Assembly: GCA_964356745.1 (NCBI GenBank) | Contig: CAYHIW010000001.1 | Coordinates: 8,966 to 72,965 of the forward strand | Source of the DNA: an uncultured Gammaproteobacteria bacterium | Lineage (GTDB): Bacteria > Patescibacteriota > Microgenomatia > UBA1406 > GWC2-37-13 | Direction: 5' to 3' | Length of the DNA: 64,000 bases | Shown: positions 46,283 through 55,940 of the stretch, piece after piece | Numbering within the stretch: position 1 is the first letter of the stretch | Layout: each line of letters starts with the position of its first letter | Translations under genes and position numbers: made by a program | Notes under the pieces: generated by a model | Database searches by the model: none | The model's input: the letters and a program-made list of their open reading frames with translations, nothing else | Told to the model about the DNA's origin: nothing

Positions 46283-46849
46283 ATGAAACTAACCAAGAAA
46301 CAGAAAAAACTCGTACTACTTTTACTGATTTTCTGTGTCATCTCGATTTACAACTTAGCTATTCAAAAACCCACTCCAACTTCCACCACTCAACCTACTC
46401 AATCACCACTTTTGTACGATCGAGCAAAAGTGGTGAGAGTGATCGATGGAGATACAATTGAGATTGAAAATGGGGTTAAGGTTCGTTATATCGGAATCGA
46501 TACACCCGAACTTCATCATCCAAAAAAATCAGTCCAGTGCTTTGGGAAAGAAGCTTTTGAAGAAAACAAAAAACTTGTTGAAGGGAAAGAGATACGACTT
46601 GAGAAAGACGTTTCAGAAACTGATAAATATAAAAGATTATTACGATATATTTACGTTGATCCGCCAGCTGGTGGAGAATCGTCCCCTAGTGGAATACTCC
46701 TTAACGATTATTTGGTTCGTCAAGGATTTGCTCACTCCTCAACCTTTCCGCCTGATGTAAAATATCAAGAACAATTTGTCGAAGCAGAGAAGGAAGCCCG
46801 CGCACAAAAACGTGGCCTTTGGAAGTCCTGTGCTATACTTCTTCCATGA
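46283..46849 (+). CDS. nuc: thermonuclease (SNase) family protein, membrane anchored
   Basis: VVRVIDGDTIEI, VRYIGIDTPE, RLLRYIY, GLW. Confidence 0.85.
   Translation: MKLTKKQKKLVLLLLIFCVISIYNLAIQKPTPTSTTQPTQSPLLYDRAKVVRVIDGDTIEIENGVKVRYIGIDTPELHHPKKSVQCFGKEAFEENKKLVEGKEIRLEKDVSETDKYKRLLRYIYVDPPAGGESSPSGILLNDYLVRQGFAHSSTFPPDVKYQEQFVEAEKEARAQKRGLWKSCAILLP
46658..46677. repeat. GC-rich palindromic element copy 3, inverted orientation (GATCCGCCAGCTGGTGGAGA)
   Basis: The core CCGCCAGCTGGTG matches the reverse complement of 9594-9613 at 13/14. Encodes PPAGGE. Confidence 0.65.
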
Positions 46850-47157
46850 AGGCGTGTGTTCTTATGTTGACTTGTGCGAATAATACAGAGGCTGATGTAA
46901 TTGCTGAAAAACTTCTTAATTCAAAACTTATTATCTGTGCGAAAAAAGTAGCGGTCTCGTCCCAATTTTATTGGAAAGGCTCACAAGAACACTCTGAAGA
47001 AATCTTAATGATTATGGATTCTGCAGAAGAATTATTTGATAAAGTTGAGCAAGAAATACGAAATCATCACAGTTACGAAACCTTTAATCTTGTAGCACTT
47101 CCTGTAACGAAAACGTCAAAAGGAGTCTCCGACTGGATGACTGAAGGATTAAAGTGA
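46846..47157 (+). CDS. cutA: divalent-cation tolerance protein CutA
   Basis: ATGA overlap with nuc. AKKVAVSSQFYWKGSQEHSEE pattern. Confidence 0.8.
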   Translation: MKACVLMLTCANNTEADVIAEKLLNSKLIICAKKVAVSSQFYWKGSQEHSEEILMIMDSAEELFDKVEQEIRNHHSYETFNLVALPVTKTSKGVSDWMTEGLK

Positions 47158-49548
47158 TTATTTAGCCTTGTGTCCTCCGAACTGATTGCGAAGCGCGTTA
47201 ATTACTTTTCCCTGAAAACTTGGTTTTTTTTGGCTAATGGTCCTTGCTTCAATAGCATCTTCAATCACTCTGACCGGGATTTTACTAGCTTTAGCAACGT
47301 CAACCGTCCAATCCGCCTCACCTTTAACGCGTGCACCAGCTCCTCCACCACCAGAACCTGAAGTCCCTGATAATTCTTTCAATTCATTTCCGTATTCTTC
47401 AAATGCTTGCTCTAACCAATTAGTTAGTCGCGACTCAACGACACTTCCTTGATTATAAATTCTCGAAACTTGAGAGAGGTCTAAATTAAACTGGGATTGT
47501 TTTAGTATGTCAAATCCTTCAGCGATAGACTGCATCATTCCGTACTCAATCCCGTTATGCACCATCTTGACAAAGTGTCCTGCGCCGATGCCTTCAAAAA
47601 ATTCAACTGCCGCAGGTCCTGCAAGATCGTGCAGTAAGGGTAAGGTGTATTCGTAATGTTTTTTATCGCCTCCGACCATGAGACACCCTCCATTACGCGC
47701 ACCCCCTGGACCACCAGAAAATCCAACATCAAAAAAAATAATTCCTTTTTTAGCAAGTTGCTTATGCCGACGAACGGTATCTTTGTAAAACGCGTTTGCA
47801 GCATCGATAACAATATCTCCTTTTTGCAAAAGAGACTCTAATTGATTCAAAATATCATCGGTTGCCTGTCCTGCGGGCAACATCAACCAAATAACACGAG
47901 GAGCGACTAATTTACCAACTAGTTCTTTTAGGGAAAATGCTCCTGTGAGCTTTTCATTTTCAAGTTCTTTGGTTACAGAATCTGTACGATTCCAACCCAC
48001 CACTTTCCATCCTTTTTCCAACAAACTTCGACTTACATTTGCACCCATCTTACCCAAGCCCACAACTCCAACCTCTTTATGCATTCGCGAGGATTTTGAA
48101 ATTTGGATTTTGAAATTTGAACTTTGTTTTAAAATATCGTCACTATCTGGTTCGTACTTCAACAACTCTGTTTCATTGCGATCCCAAGCGTGAACAATGG
48201 GATCAATATATCGCCACATTGCCTTGACTTCGTCTGTTGATAAAAATAACAATTGGCTTCCCTCGATACAATCGAGAAGCAACTTCTCATATTCTTCAAC
48301 GTACTGTACTCGCTCCGATCGTTTTCTATAAACAAACTCTAATTTTCTCTGCTCAATCTGCATCTCGAGCCCGGGTTTTTTGGATAGGAACTGTATTTCA
48401 ATTCCCTCTTCGGGCTCAAGTGAAAACGTAATTTTATCTTGCAAATGAGGGCCCCCAACTGGGCATAAACAAGGAGTTGCGTGTTTGAATGTAACAATAA
48501 TATCTTTAATCTGGTCTTCCATACGCTTACCGCTCTCCATGGTGATCGGGACACCTCTCCATCGTGACGAGTTAAGAAACCCGCGTATTTTAAAATATGT
48601 TTCTGTTTTGGAATTCTTCTTGACATCTTTAATGTCTGTAAAACCTTCATGCTGTGCTCTTATGGTTTGTGAAATAATTTCATCTTTGGTTGGTGGAATC
48701 AAAGTCTGAAGTATCGCAGCTCTTTTCGTTCGTACTGAATCGGCGGTAAAATCTTGCGGGTGCTCCATCGTAACAAACGCAAGCATCTGAAGAAGGTGAT
48801 TTTGTCCCACGTCACGCAACGCTCCTAAACCATCATAAAATATTCCCCGTTTTTCAACACCGATTTTTTCCCAAAGCCGAATGTCAATCTTTTCGATATA
48901 TTTTGCGTTCCAGTTTTCTTCAAGAATATTATTAGAAAATCTAAAACTTAAAATGTTTTGCAACATTTCTTTAGCGAGATAATGATCAATACGATAAATC
49001 TGCTCTTCTCTAAACAGTTTCGCTAGTAGCAAATCTAGTTTCTCTGCGGTTTTTGCATCTTTACCAAATGGTTTTTCTACCAAAACTCTCGTCCAACCTT
49101 CATCCGGTCCACAAGGAATAGTGAGACCTGAATCATGAAGATTGCGAAAGATGGTTTCGTAGTACTGAGGAGGAACTGCGGTATAAAACAGTTTATTTGA
49201 ACACACTCTCCATTCACCGTCGATCTTACCCAGGTCTGTGGCAAGCTTATTATAGTCAGTAATACTGTCAAAGTGTCCTTGGTGATAGTAAAAATAATTG
49301 AGAAATTCTTCGGTAAGTTTTTTTTGAATTTTAAACGTGTCATTCGTTTCAAGAATCTGAGTAACGTGTTTTTGAAATGCTTCACGAGTTAAGTCGCGCC
49401 TCGCAAAACCAACGACACGAAACATCTTGGGCAACTTACCTTTAAGAAAGAGATTGTAAAGAGCAGGTGTGATTTTTTTTGTCATCAGGTCGCCTGTTGC
49501 TCCAAAAATCACCAAAACCGTAGGAATATTCTTTTTTACTTCATTCAT
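47158..49548 (-). CDS. fused glucose-6-phosphate dehydrogenase / 6-phosphogluconate dehydrogenase (short YqeC-type)
   Basis: N-terminal half: FGATGDLMTKK, RIDHYLAKE. C-terminal half: VGLGKMGANV, HFVKMVHNGIEYG. The two halves are joined by the heptamer-repeat-encoded SNFKIQISKSS. Confidence 0.85.
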   Translation of the reverse strand: MNEVKKNIPTVLVIFGATGDLMTKKITPALYNLFLKGKLPKMFRVVGFARRDLTREAFQKHVTQILETNDTFKIQKKLTEEFLNYFYYHQGHFDSITDYNKLATDLGKIDGEWRVCSNKLFYTAVPPQYYETIFRNLHDSGLTIPCGPDEGWTRVLVEKPFGKDAKTAEKLDLLLAKLFREEQIYRIDHYLAKEMLQNILSFRFSNNILEENWNAKYIEKIDIRLWEKIGVEKRGIFYDGLGALRDVGQNHLLQMLAFVTMEHPQDFTADSVRTKRAAILQTLIPPTKDEIISQTIRAQHEGFTDIKDVKKNSKTETYFKIRGFLNSSRWRGVPITMESGKRMEDQIKDIIVTFKHATPCLCPVGGPHLQDKITFSLEPEEGIEIQFLSKKPGLEMQIEQRKLEFVYRKRSERVQYVEEYEKLLLDCIEGSQLLFLSTDEVKAMWRYIDPIVHAWDRNETELLKYEPDSDDILKQSSNFKIQISKSSRMHKEVGVVGLGKMGANVSRSLLEKGWKVVGWNRTDSVTKELENEKLTGAFSLKELVGKLVAPRVIWLMLPAGQATDDILNQLESLLQKGDIVIDAANAFYKDTVRRHKQLAKKGIIFFDVGFSGGPGGARNGGCLMVGGDKKHYEYTLPLLHDLAGPAAVEFFEGIGAGHFVKMVHNGIEYGMMQSIAEGFDILKQSQFNLDLSQVSRIYNQGSVVESRLTNWLEQAFEEYGNELKELSGTSGSGGGGAGARVKGEADWTVDVAKASKIPVRVIEDAIEARTISQKKPSFQGKVINALRNQFGGHKAK
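48091..48125. repeat. heptanucleotide tandem repeat x5 (GGATTTT GAAATTT GGATTTT GAAATTT GAACTTT) forming the zwf-gnd linker
   Basis: Read directly. Ends 6 nt before the internal Met codon at 48082-48084. Confidence 0.9.
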
Positions 49549-49602
49549 ACCAGCATATTATTGTACACTACTCCTCTTGACAGGAGGGAAAAAAGGAGTA
49601 GT

Positions 49603-50142
49603 ATGGGTTTTGGAACGTCTATGGAACCCGAAGCAGAACAAAAATCTTCGTCTTTAGTCCCACTCATCGTACTTATCGTAGTGGTTGCGATTGGATTCTT
49701 TCTTTACAATAACCAGCAAAAAAATAAAAAAGCTCAAGAAGAAGCTGCGATGACAAAGAGAGTCGTAGAACAAAAAGCTGTTGATGATAAGAAAAAAGAA
49801 GAGGATACGGTAAAAGCTAACACGATGGATATCAACCTTCTTGAAGTTAAAGAAAGTAGTCAGAGCGGAACCGCAAAACTCACAGAAAATAAAGGCAAGC
49901 TCACGGTAGTCTTATCACTTTCTGGGGGTAAGTACGCATCGCAACCCGCGCACATTCATGAAGGAGCATGCGAAAAACCAGGCAAAGTCGTTTACCCACT
50001 CACCAGTGTTGTAGATGGAGCCTCCGAAACCATAATCGAAACCACTCTTAAAGATCTCAAAGACAATCTCCCCCTTTCTCTTAACGTCCATAAATCTCAA
50101 GCAGAACTTGCTGTTTATACTGCGTGTGGGGAATTGAAATAA
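49603..50142 (+). CDS. membrane-anchored protein with CHRD-like AHIHEG motif
   Basis: ATG at 49603 with AAGGAG SD. TM helix, K/E-rich linker, then QPAHIHEGAC. Domain call tentative. Confidence 0.5.
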   Translation: MGFGTSMEPEAEQKSSSLVPLIVLIVVVAIGFFLYNNQQKNKKAQEEAAMTKRVVEQKAVDDKKKEEDTVKANTMDINLLEVKESSQSGTAKLTENKGKLTVVLSLSGGKYASQPAHIHEGACEKPGKVVYPLTSVVDGASETIIETTLKDLKDNLPLSLNVHKSQAELAVYTACGELK

Positions 50143-50163
50143 ATCTTCGTGTAAAATAAATGA

Positions 50164-50631
50164 ATGAACGTTCTTATTATCTATGCTACTTATTCTGGAG
50201 GCACTCTTCTTGCCGCAGAAGCAATTCAAGAAACGCTAAAAAAACAAAGCATTGATTCTCAGGTAAAAAACGTGAGAGACCTCACGGAAGAAGATGTGAA
50301 AAATCATTCTCACTTTATCTTTGGTTCCTGTACCTGGTTTGAAAATAAATTAGAAGGTCAACTTCATGGTGGATATGCAGATCTTATCGAACGCATTCCT
50401 ACATTTACCATCGGTAACAAACAGTGTGCAGTCTACGGACTTGGCGACAATAACATGTATGCGATCCATTTTTGCGAAGCTGCTGACCATCTTAAGAAAT
50501 TTGTCGAAGATCACAACGGAGTTGTGGTAACTGAACCTTTAAAGATCGATAGATTTTATTTTGAACAAGAAGAAAATACAAAAAAACTCAAAGACTGGGC
50601 AGAACAATTACCGACTCTTTTTACTGAGTAG
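50164..50631 (+). CDS. flavodoxin-like protein
   Basis: VLIIYATYSGGT, FGSCTW, YGLGD. Confidence 0.75.
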   Translation: MNVLIIYATYSGGTLLAAEAIQETLKKQSIDSQVKNVRDLTEEDVKNHSHFIFGSCTWFENKLEGQLHGGYADLIERIPTFTIGNKQCAVYGLGDNNMYAIHFCEAADHLKKFVEDHNGVVVTEPLKIDRFYFEQEENTKKLKDWAEQLPTLFTE

Positions 50632-51190
50632 TCGCAGAACCTGTTGCGGTTGGATTTTGATAAGTAAAATTACGTTGTAAGATTTCTTCGTCTGAAGACG
50701 CAATGCTACGAACCCGGAGATCTACTTTTTTTTGTCCAGACGAAAGATTATAAAGACAGATTGACTTATCGGTAAAGTCCGACCAACCTCCTCCATTGAT
50801 TCGATATGTCCACACAACTCCACAATACTCACCAGCTTTATACGAGATGTCAATGCATACCGGGTCTTGTGTCACCGTCTGATTTTCTTGAGGGAAAAGA
50901 ATGCTCACTGGCCCTACTTCTTTCTTGCAACTTACTGCAGTTGTTTGAGGAATGGGTGTAATGGTAGGACTTTGATCGTTCTCGCCTTTTTGAACCTCAA
51001 CGGGAATGATTGTCACGTTATTGCTCGAATCCGTCTTGTCTTTATTATTGCCTCCTTGTAAATTATTGAGATTTAGAATAATCACCGTAAGAAGTACCGG
51101 AATCGAAAGAAGAGCGGTAACCAACTCTATGTACTGTTTTTTATCAGGGAGCGTTTTATACCATTGTGTAAATCTTTCTTTATATGTCAT
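50621..51190 (-). CDS. membrane-anchored secreted hypothetical protein
   Basis: ORF with an N-terminal TM (LVTALLSIPVLLTVIIL) and a Cys-containing beta-rich C-domain. Confidence 0.7.
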   Translation of the reverse strand: MTYKERFTQWYKTLPDKKQYIELVTALLSIPVLLTVIILNLNNLQGGNNKDKTDSSNNVTIIPVEVQKGENDQSPTITPIPQTTAVSCKKEVGPVSILFPQENQTVTQDPVCIDISYKAGEYCGVVWTYRINGGGWSDFTDKSICLYNLSSGQKKVDLRVRSIASSDEEILQRNFTYQNPTATGSATTQ

Positions 51191-51195
51191 GGTTA

Positions 51196-51522
51196 TTATT
51201 TGAGTGTATCAATTTTTGATGCGACGATGAAGTCATTTAAAGACAGTCCTTTGATTGCGTGTGTGAAAAGAGTAATTGTAACTTTGTTCCAGTTATGCAA
51301 AGCAATATCAGGATGATGTCCTTCAGACTCTGCCAACTCTGCCACGTTATTGACAAACTTTACCGCTTCTTTAAAATCTTTGAATTTGAACGTTCGCGTA
51401 ATTAATGTATCGTCAACAACACCCCACTGTGGAACTTTGTCAAGATGCCCTTCAAAATCACTCCTCTTCATCGGCTTTGCATCTCCTTCACATGGAACAC
51501 ATTTTTGAGCTGTCAAATCCAT
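51196..51522 (-). CDS. phhB: pterin-4a-carbinolamine dehydratase
   Basis: ESEGHHPDI, TLFTHA. ATG at 51522 preferred to GTG at 51549. Confidence 0.85.
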   Translation of the reverse strand: MDLTAQKCVPCEGDAKPMKRSDFEGHLDKVPQWGVVDDTLITRTFKFKDFKEAVKFVNNVAELAESEGHHPDIALHNWNKVTITLFTHAIKGLSLNDFIVASKIDTLK

Positions 51523-51543
51523 CAATTCAATTATACTAAGAAT

Positions 51544-52170
51544 ATGCACAAAAAAGGATTGCTTATGCTAGGTTCTTTTTTATTTTTCTTGGGATTTGTG
51601 ATCTTTACTTTTCTTGTAAAGTCGGATGTGTTTACGCAACTTGATTTTAATGCACTGGTTAAAATTCAGGATGCAGTCCCACGCAAAATCGACAAGCTAC
51701 TCAATATATTTGCACTTATCGGAACTTTCCCTATCGTCACTATCTTTTTAATATCGTTTTTGGTTTTGAGGAAAAAATTAAGTGGTGTCATCATCTTCTT
51801 CTCTTATCTTTCGGCACATGCTTTGGAATTTATTTTTAAAGAGATCTCAAAACAAGCCGGACCTCCCTACTTATTTCACAGACGCTATGAAGCTGCAGGA
51901 TTTGATAAATCATACGTTCTACCAGACTCATCGTATCCATCAGGACATGCGATGAGAGCTGTCTTTATGTTAATTGTTATTTGTTATTTGTTAATAGGTA
52001 ATAGAAGGCTGCCAAAAAACAAAAAAATCACCGGACTTATTTTTTTAAGTTCTGTTGCGGTGGGGATTATTGTTTCGAAAGCAGTGTTTGGCGAACATTG
52101 GGTGACAGATCTTGTTGGAGGTGGAATGCTCGGAGTCTCTCTTGCCTGTTTTGCACTTCTCTTTCTTTAA
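51544..52170 (+). CDS. PAP2 family phosphatase
   Basis: SYPSGHAMRA and GEHWVTDLVGG. ATG at 51544. Confidence 0.8.
   Translation: MHKKGLLMLGSFLFFLGFVIFTFLVKSDVFTQLDFNALVKIQDAVPRKIDKLLNIFALIGTFPIVTIFLISFLVLRKKLSGVIIFFSYLSAHALEFIFKEISKQAGPPYLFHRRYEAAGFDKSYVLPDSSYPSGHAMRAVFMLIVICYLLIGNRRLPKNKKITGLIFLSSVAVGIIVSKAVFGEHWVTDLVGGGMLGVSLACFALLFL
51974..51994. repeat. heptanucleotide tandem repeat (TTGTTAT TTGTTAT TTGTTAA) inside the PAP2 gene
   Basis: Read directly. Confidence 0.75.
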
Positions 52171-52472
52171 GACTTCTTACTTTTCTCAAGTTTATCTAAC
52201 CGAAGCGCTTTAACTCCGTAATATACGACAAGCGCTATGATGATAAAGTCTATGAAGCTGCTGATAAAACTTCCGTAAAGAATTTTTGCTGATCCGATTG
52301 GGATGTAAGCGGTCTGCAACCCTTTTGCTGAACCCAAAATAAGTCCAAGAAACGGATTGATAAGATCAGTCACCATCGACGTAACCAATTTTTGGATTGC
52401 TCCACCTAGAATAAAACCAACCGCCAACCCAACGACTCCCTTTTCTCGAATAAAGTCAATAAAACCGCGCAT
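52167..52472 (-). CDS. mscL: large-conductance mechanosensitive channel
   Basis: MRGFIDFIREKGVVGLAVGFILGGA. ATG at 52472. Confidence 0.85.
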   Translation of the reverse strand: MRGFIDFIREKGVVGLAVGFILGGAIQKLVTSMVTDLINPFLGLILGSAKGLQTAYIPIGSAKILYGSFISSFIDFIIIALVVYYGVKALRLDKLEKSKKS

Positions 52473-52505
52473 ATCAATAATTCTAATACATACATTATTC
52501 ATATG

Positions 52506-52534
52506 TTGACAAGGGAGTTGTTTTTATTTAATCT
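52506..52534 (+). promoter_or_regulatory. promoter TTGACA-17-TAATCT
   Basis: Read directly. Lies upstream of the small ORF and pilB. Confidence 0.4.
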
Positions 52535-52563
52535 AAAAGTAGCAGTTACAATTTCAAACCATT

Positions 52564-52710
52564 ATGGCAAAAAGAAAATCTTCATCTCGAGCTAAAAAAT
52601 ACGATCCCCAGAAATCCCCCATCATTCAGGTTGGGGTAGTTGTTATTCTTGTTAGCGCCCTCTTTATTATGGCGTCACTTGCAAAACGATTTCCCAATCT
52701 TTTCTTTTAA
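52564..52710 (+). CDS. small tail-anchored membrane protein (48 aa)
   Basis: Not in the track. MAKRKSSSRAKKYDPQKSPIIQVGVVVILVSALFIMASLAKRFPNLFF. Confidence 0.35.
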   Translation: MAKRKSSSRAKKYDPQKSPIIQVGVVVILVSALFIMASLAKRFPNLFF

Positions 52711-52743
52711 TTTCGACCCCGTCAATCTGGTATTCTGAATTGT

Positions 52744-54432
52744 ATGGTACTGACCGATGATCAACTCATCTCGCTTGTTCTAAGCACCAAACTCATTGAC
52801 GAAAAAGGACTCGCTGAAGTTAAAAAATATGCGCAAAACGCAGATGTTTCACTCTCTGACGCACTTCTTGAGAAGAATATTATTTCTGACGAATACTTTG
52901 GAGTACTCGTAAGTCAGGCTCTTCACATCCCTTTTGTAAGGCTATCCAAACTCACCATAGCAGACGAAATTCTCCATATTGTCCCAGAGAGACTTGCACG
53001 TAAACACAAAGTCATTGCATTCTCGCGTGATGCACATGGCATAAATCTTGCCATGACCAACCCTAAGGATGTAGTTGTTACCGATCTTTTGAAGCGAAAA
53101 ACCGGACAAACCATTACGCCCTATTATGCTACTGAACGAGACATCAACAACACATTTCATTTTTATAAAAAAGAACTCCAACAAAAATTCAACGCTCTTC
53201 TCAAGAAATACGCCAAAAAAGCAGATGGTGGACTAGGCGACCTGCCTGTTGCCAAAATCGTCGACACTCTTATCGACTTTGCCTATCAAAATCATTCATC
53301 AGATCTTCACGTTGAACCACGCGACAAAGACGCATTGGTACGATTTCGTATTGATGGCATCTTACATGACATGCTCTTTGTCCCTAAAGATCTCCACGAA
53401 AGAATCATTTCAAGAATTAAGGTCATGTCGCGTCTCAGAACCGATGAACACCTCGCGTCACAAGACGGTAAAATGCGCTTAAGACTCGAAGAGGAGACGT
53501 TAGATATTCGCGTCTCAATACTTCCGATTGTTGATGGAGAAAAAGCCGTTCTTCGACTTCTCTCTTCAAGGTCAAACCAACTTTCGCTTGTTGATCTTGG
53601 AATGAGTGAATCTGATCTTAAGAAAGTTCACACCGCAATTGCCAAACCTCACGGCATGATTTTATCAACCGGTCCAACGGGATCTGGAAAATCAACTTCT
53701 GTGTATGCGATTCTTAAACTTCTCAACACAAGAGAGAAAAATATTACCACCATAGAAGACCCTGTTGAATATCGTATAAAGGGAGTCAATCAAATTCATG
53801 TTAATCCCAAAGCCAACCTAACATTTGCAAGTGGACTTCGCGCCATATTACGGCAGGACCCAAACATCGTACTCGTTGGGGAAATCCGCGACATTGAAAC
53901 AGCGGGAATTGCCGTAAATGCTGCGCTTACCGGACATATGGTTTTATCAACACTTCACACCAATGACGCTTCAACCGCACTTCCCCGTCTTATCGACATG
54001 AAGGTTGAACCATTTCTTGTGGCGTCCACCATCAAAATTATTATTGGTCAGAGACTTATACGTAAGCTCTGTGAGAACTGTAAAATTTCCTATACGACAA
54101 CCATCGAAGAACTCAAAAAACATCTTTCTGATAGGATGATTCAAAAACATTTTATTCCTATTGGACAGCAAAACGAAGTTCGTTTTTATAAAGGGCAGGG
54201 CTGCAAACTATGTCATAACACAGGTTATGCCGGACGTATTGGTGTTTTTGAAGTTCTTGAAGTAACAAATGCCATTCGAACACTTATTACCGATAAAAAA
54301 GATTCTGATGTGATACAGAAAGCAGCCTATGACGAAGGAATGACAAGTATGCTCGATGACGGCATCATAAAAGTTACCAAAGGATTGACTACTATCGAAG
54401 AAGTTCTCCGCGTAACACAGGTCGAATCATAA
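52744..54432 (+). CDS. pilB: type IV pilus assembly ATPase PilB/GspE
   Basis: T2SSE_N-like N-terminus, GPTGSGKST, tetra-Cys CENC..CKLC, GEIRD. Confidence 0.9.
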   Translation: MVLTDDQLISLVLSTKLIDEKGLAEVKKYAQNADVSLSDALLEKNIISDEYFGVLVSQALHIPFVRLSKLTIADEILHIVPERLARKHKVIAFSRDAHGINLAMTNPKDVVVTDLLKRKTGQTITPYYATERDINNTFHFYKKELQQKFNALLKKYAKKADGGLGDLPVAKIVDTLIDFAYQNHSSDLHVEPRDKDALVRFRIDGILHDMLFVPKDLHERIISRIKVMSRLRTDEHLASQDGKMRLRLEEETLDIRVSILPIVDGEKAVLRLLSSRSNQLSLVDLGMSESDLKKVHTAIAKPHGMILSTGPTGSGKSTSVYAILKLLNTREKNITTIEDPVEYRIKGVNQIHVNPKANLTFASGLRAILRQDPNIVLVGEIRDIETAGIAVNAALTGHMVLSTLHTNDASTALPRLIDMKVEPFLVASTIKIIIGQRLIRKLCENCKISYTTTIEELKKHLSDRMIQKHFIPIGQQNEVRFYKGQGCKLCHNTGYAGRIGVFEVLEVTNAIRTLITDKKDSDVIQKAAYDEGMTSMLDDGIIKVTKGLTTIEEVLRVTQVES

Positions 54433-54434
54433 GT

Positions 54435-55487
54435 ATGAAAACAAGTAAGATTTCGTTGTCCATAAACGACAAAATAGGTTTGTTTGGAAATCTTGCAACA
54501 ATGCTTGCTGCGGGAATTTCGATCCTTGAAGTTGTTGACTCGCTTCTGGAAGACGTCAAAGGAGGCCAGAAAAAAATATTAGAAAGACTGCGTGCAGACA
54601 TAACCCAAGGTAAGCCAATCCACGAATCATTCTCTTACTTTCCCAATAGTTTTGACCGAGTAACAATTAATATCATAAAAGCAGCAGAACAAGCGGGCAC
54701 CCTCGACACAACCTTGAAAGATCTTAAAAAACACATTCAACAAGAACATGAATTTATTGACAAAGTTAAGTCAGCCCTCACCTATCCTGTTGTTATTTTT
54801 GTCGTGTTTATTGGAGTCATGCTTATGATCCTCATTGTTGTTATTCCCAAAATCGCAGTCGTCTTTACGCGACTCCACGTCGAGCTTCCTCTACCAACAC
54901 GCATTCTCATCTTCGTCTCAGACCTCTTGATCAAAAATACATTTTTGTTTATTGCCGGAATTGTAGCGTTCGTAGCAATCATTTTTTTTATCTACAAAAA
55001 TAACAGAAAACTTCTTCTTAATTCAATTTTTTCACTTCCTCTCGTTTCGCAACTTGTTCGAGAGATCGATCTTACTCGATTTACCAGAAGTTTCGCACTT
55101 CTTTTGACATCGGGCATACCTATCATAAGCGCTCTTGAACTTACTCAAGACGTTGTGGTACAACGAGATTTAGCTCATGTCATACAACAAACTAAAGACA
55201 TGGTTTTGTCTGGGAAAAAAATCTCAGACGGCCTAAAACTAGCCAAAGGAAAGATTCCAAGTATTATGATCAAAATAATAGAAGCGGGTGAGAAAACTGG
55301 CTCGTTGGACAAGTCAATGCAGGAAATCTCAGAGCATCTTGACTACCAAGTTTCAAATACGTTACGAACATTGACCGCCCTTCTTGAACCTGTCATGCTC
55401 GTTTTGGTCGGAGTACTGATCGGCGGTATGATGCTTGCGATTATTGCACCAATCTATGGATTGGTTGGTCAAGTTGGAGCACGTTAA
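54435..55487 (+). CDS. pilC: type IV pilus platform protein PilC/GspF
   Basis: Two T2SSF repeats and 3 TM helices. Lies 2 nt after pilB. Confidence 0.85.
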   Translation: MKTSKISLSINDKIGLFGNLATMLAAGISILEVVDSLLEDVKGGQKKILERLRADITQGKPIHESFSYFPNSFDRVTINIIKAAEQAGTLDTTLKDLKKHIQQEHEFIDKVKSALTYPVVIFVVFIGVMLMILIVVIPKIAVVFTRLHVELPLPTRILIFVSDLLIKNTFLFIAGIVAFVAIIFFIYKNNRKLLLNSIFSLPLVSQLVREIDLTRFTRSFALLLTSGIPIISALELTQDVVVQRDLAHVIQQTKDMVLSGKKISDGLKLAKGKIPSIMIKIIEAGEKTGSLDKSMQEISEHLDYQVSNTLRTLTALLEPVMLVLVGVLIGGMMLAIIAPIYGLVGQVGAR

Positions 55488-55861
55488 GGCTTCTTCAAAA
55501 ACTCTTTTGCCTTCTCAACGAGTTGTACCGGAATAAAGTCAGCTTTAATAAGGTACGAGGTTGCTCCTTTTTTCAAAGCTTCTTTCATTGAAGGATCGTT
55601 TGATAAATTGGTGAGAATAATAATCGGTCCGTTCGGCTGTGCTGGTGGCGACTCTGCAAGTTTTGTCAAAACGCCAAGTCCATCTAAATTCGGCATCATG
55701 ATATCCAAAAGTGTAAGATCCCATCCTCCTTGACTCAACTTCTCCAGTCCATCTTTACCGTCTTTGGCTGAGTCTACCTCAAACCCAGCATCTTTCATTA
55801 CCTCAACATAGAGTTCCCGAAGATATAAGTCGTCATCAATAACAAGAATCTTTTTTGCCAT
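55484..55861 (-). CDS. stand-alone response regulator receiver (CheY-like)
   Basis: ILVIDDD, LLDIMMP, and a conserved K in LIKAD. Confidence 0.85.
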   Translation of the reverse strand: MAKKILVIDDDLYLRELYVEVMKDAGFEVDSAKDGKDGLEKLSQGGWDLTLLDIMMPNLDGLGVLTKLAESPPAQPNGPIIILTNLSNDPSMKEALKKGATSYLIKADFIPVQLVEKAKEFLKKP

Positions 55862-55901
55862 GCACTAACTTTAATATAGTAATAGTCAAAATTCAATAAT
55901 A

Positions 55902-55930
55902 TTGCATTTTACTTTAGGCTCGCCTATACT
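55902..55930 (+). promoter_or_regulatory. promoter TTGCAT-17-TATACT, 10 nt before ATG 55941
   Basis: Read directly. Confidence 0.45.
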
Positions 55931-55940
55931 AACTTGAATA

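Noticed and set aside
47325-47365. GC-rich stretch encoding SGSGGGGAGA in the 6PGDH part, considered as a fourth copy of the GC-rich palindrome.
   Set aside because: The sequence does not match the CCGCCWGCTGGTG core and lacks an inverted repeat. It is more likely a Gly-rich loop.
49576-49605. TTGACA-N16-TAGTAT promoter-like string before ORF 49603.
   Set aside because: The putative -10 overlaps the ATG and the AAGGAG SD, so a transcript starting there could not encode the protein. It was treated as coincidence.
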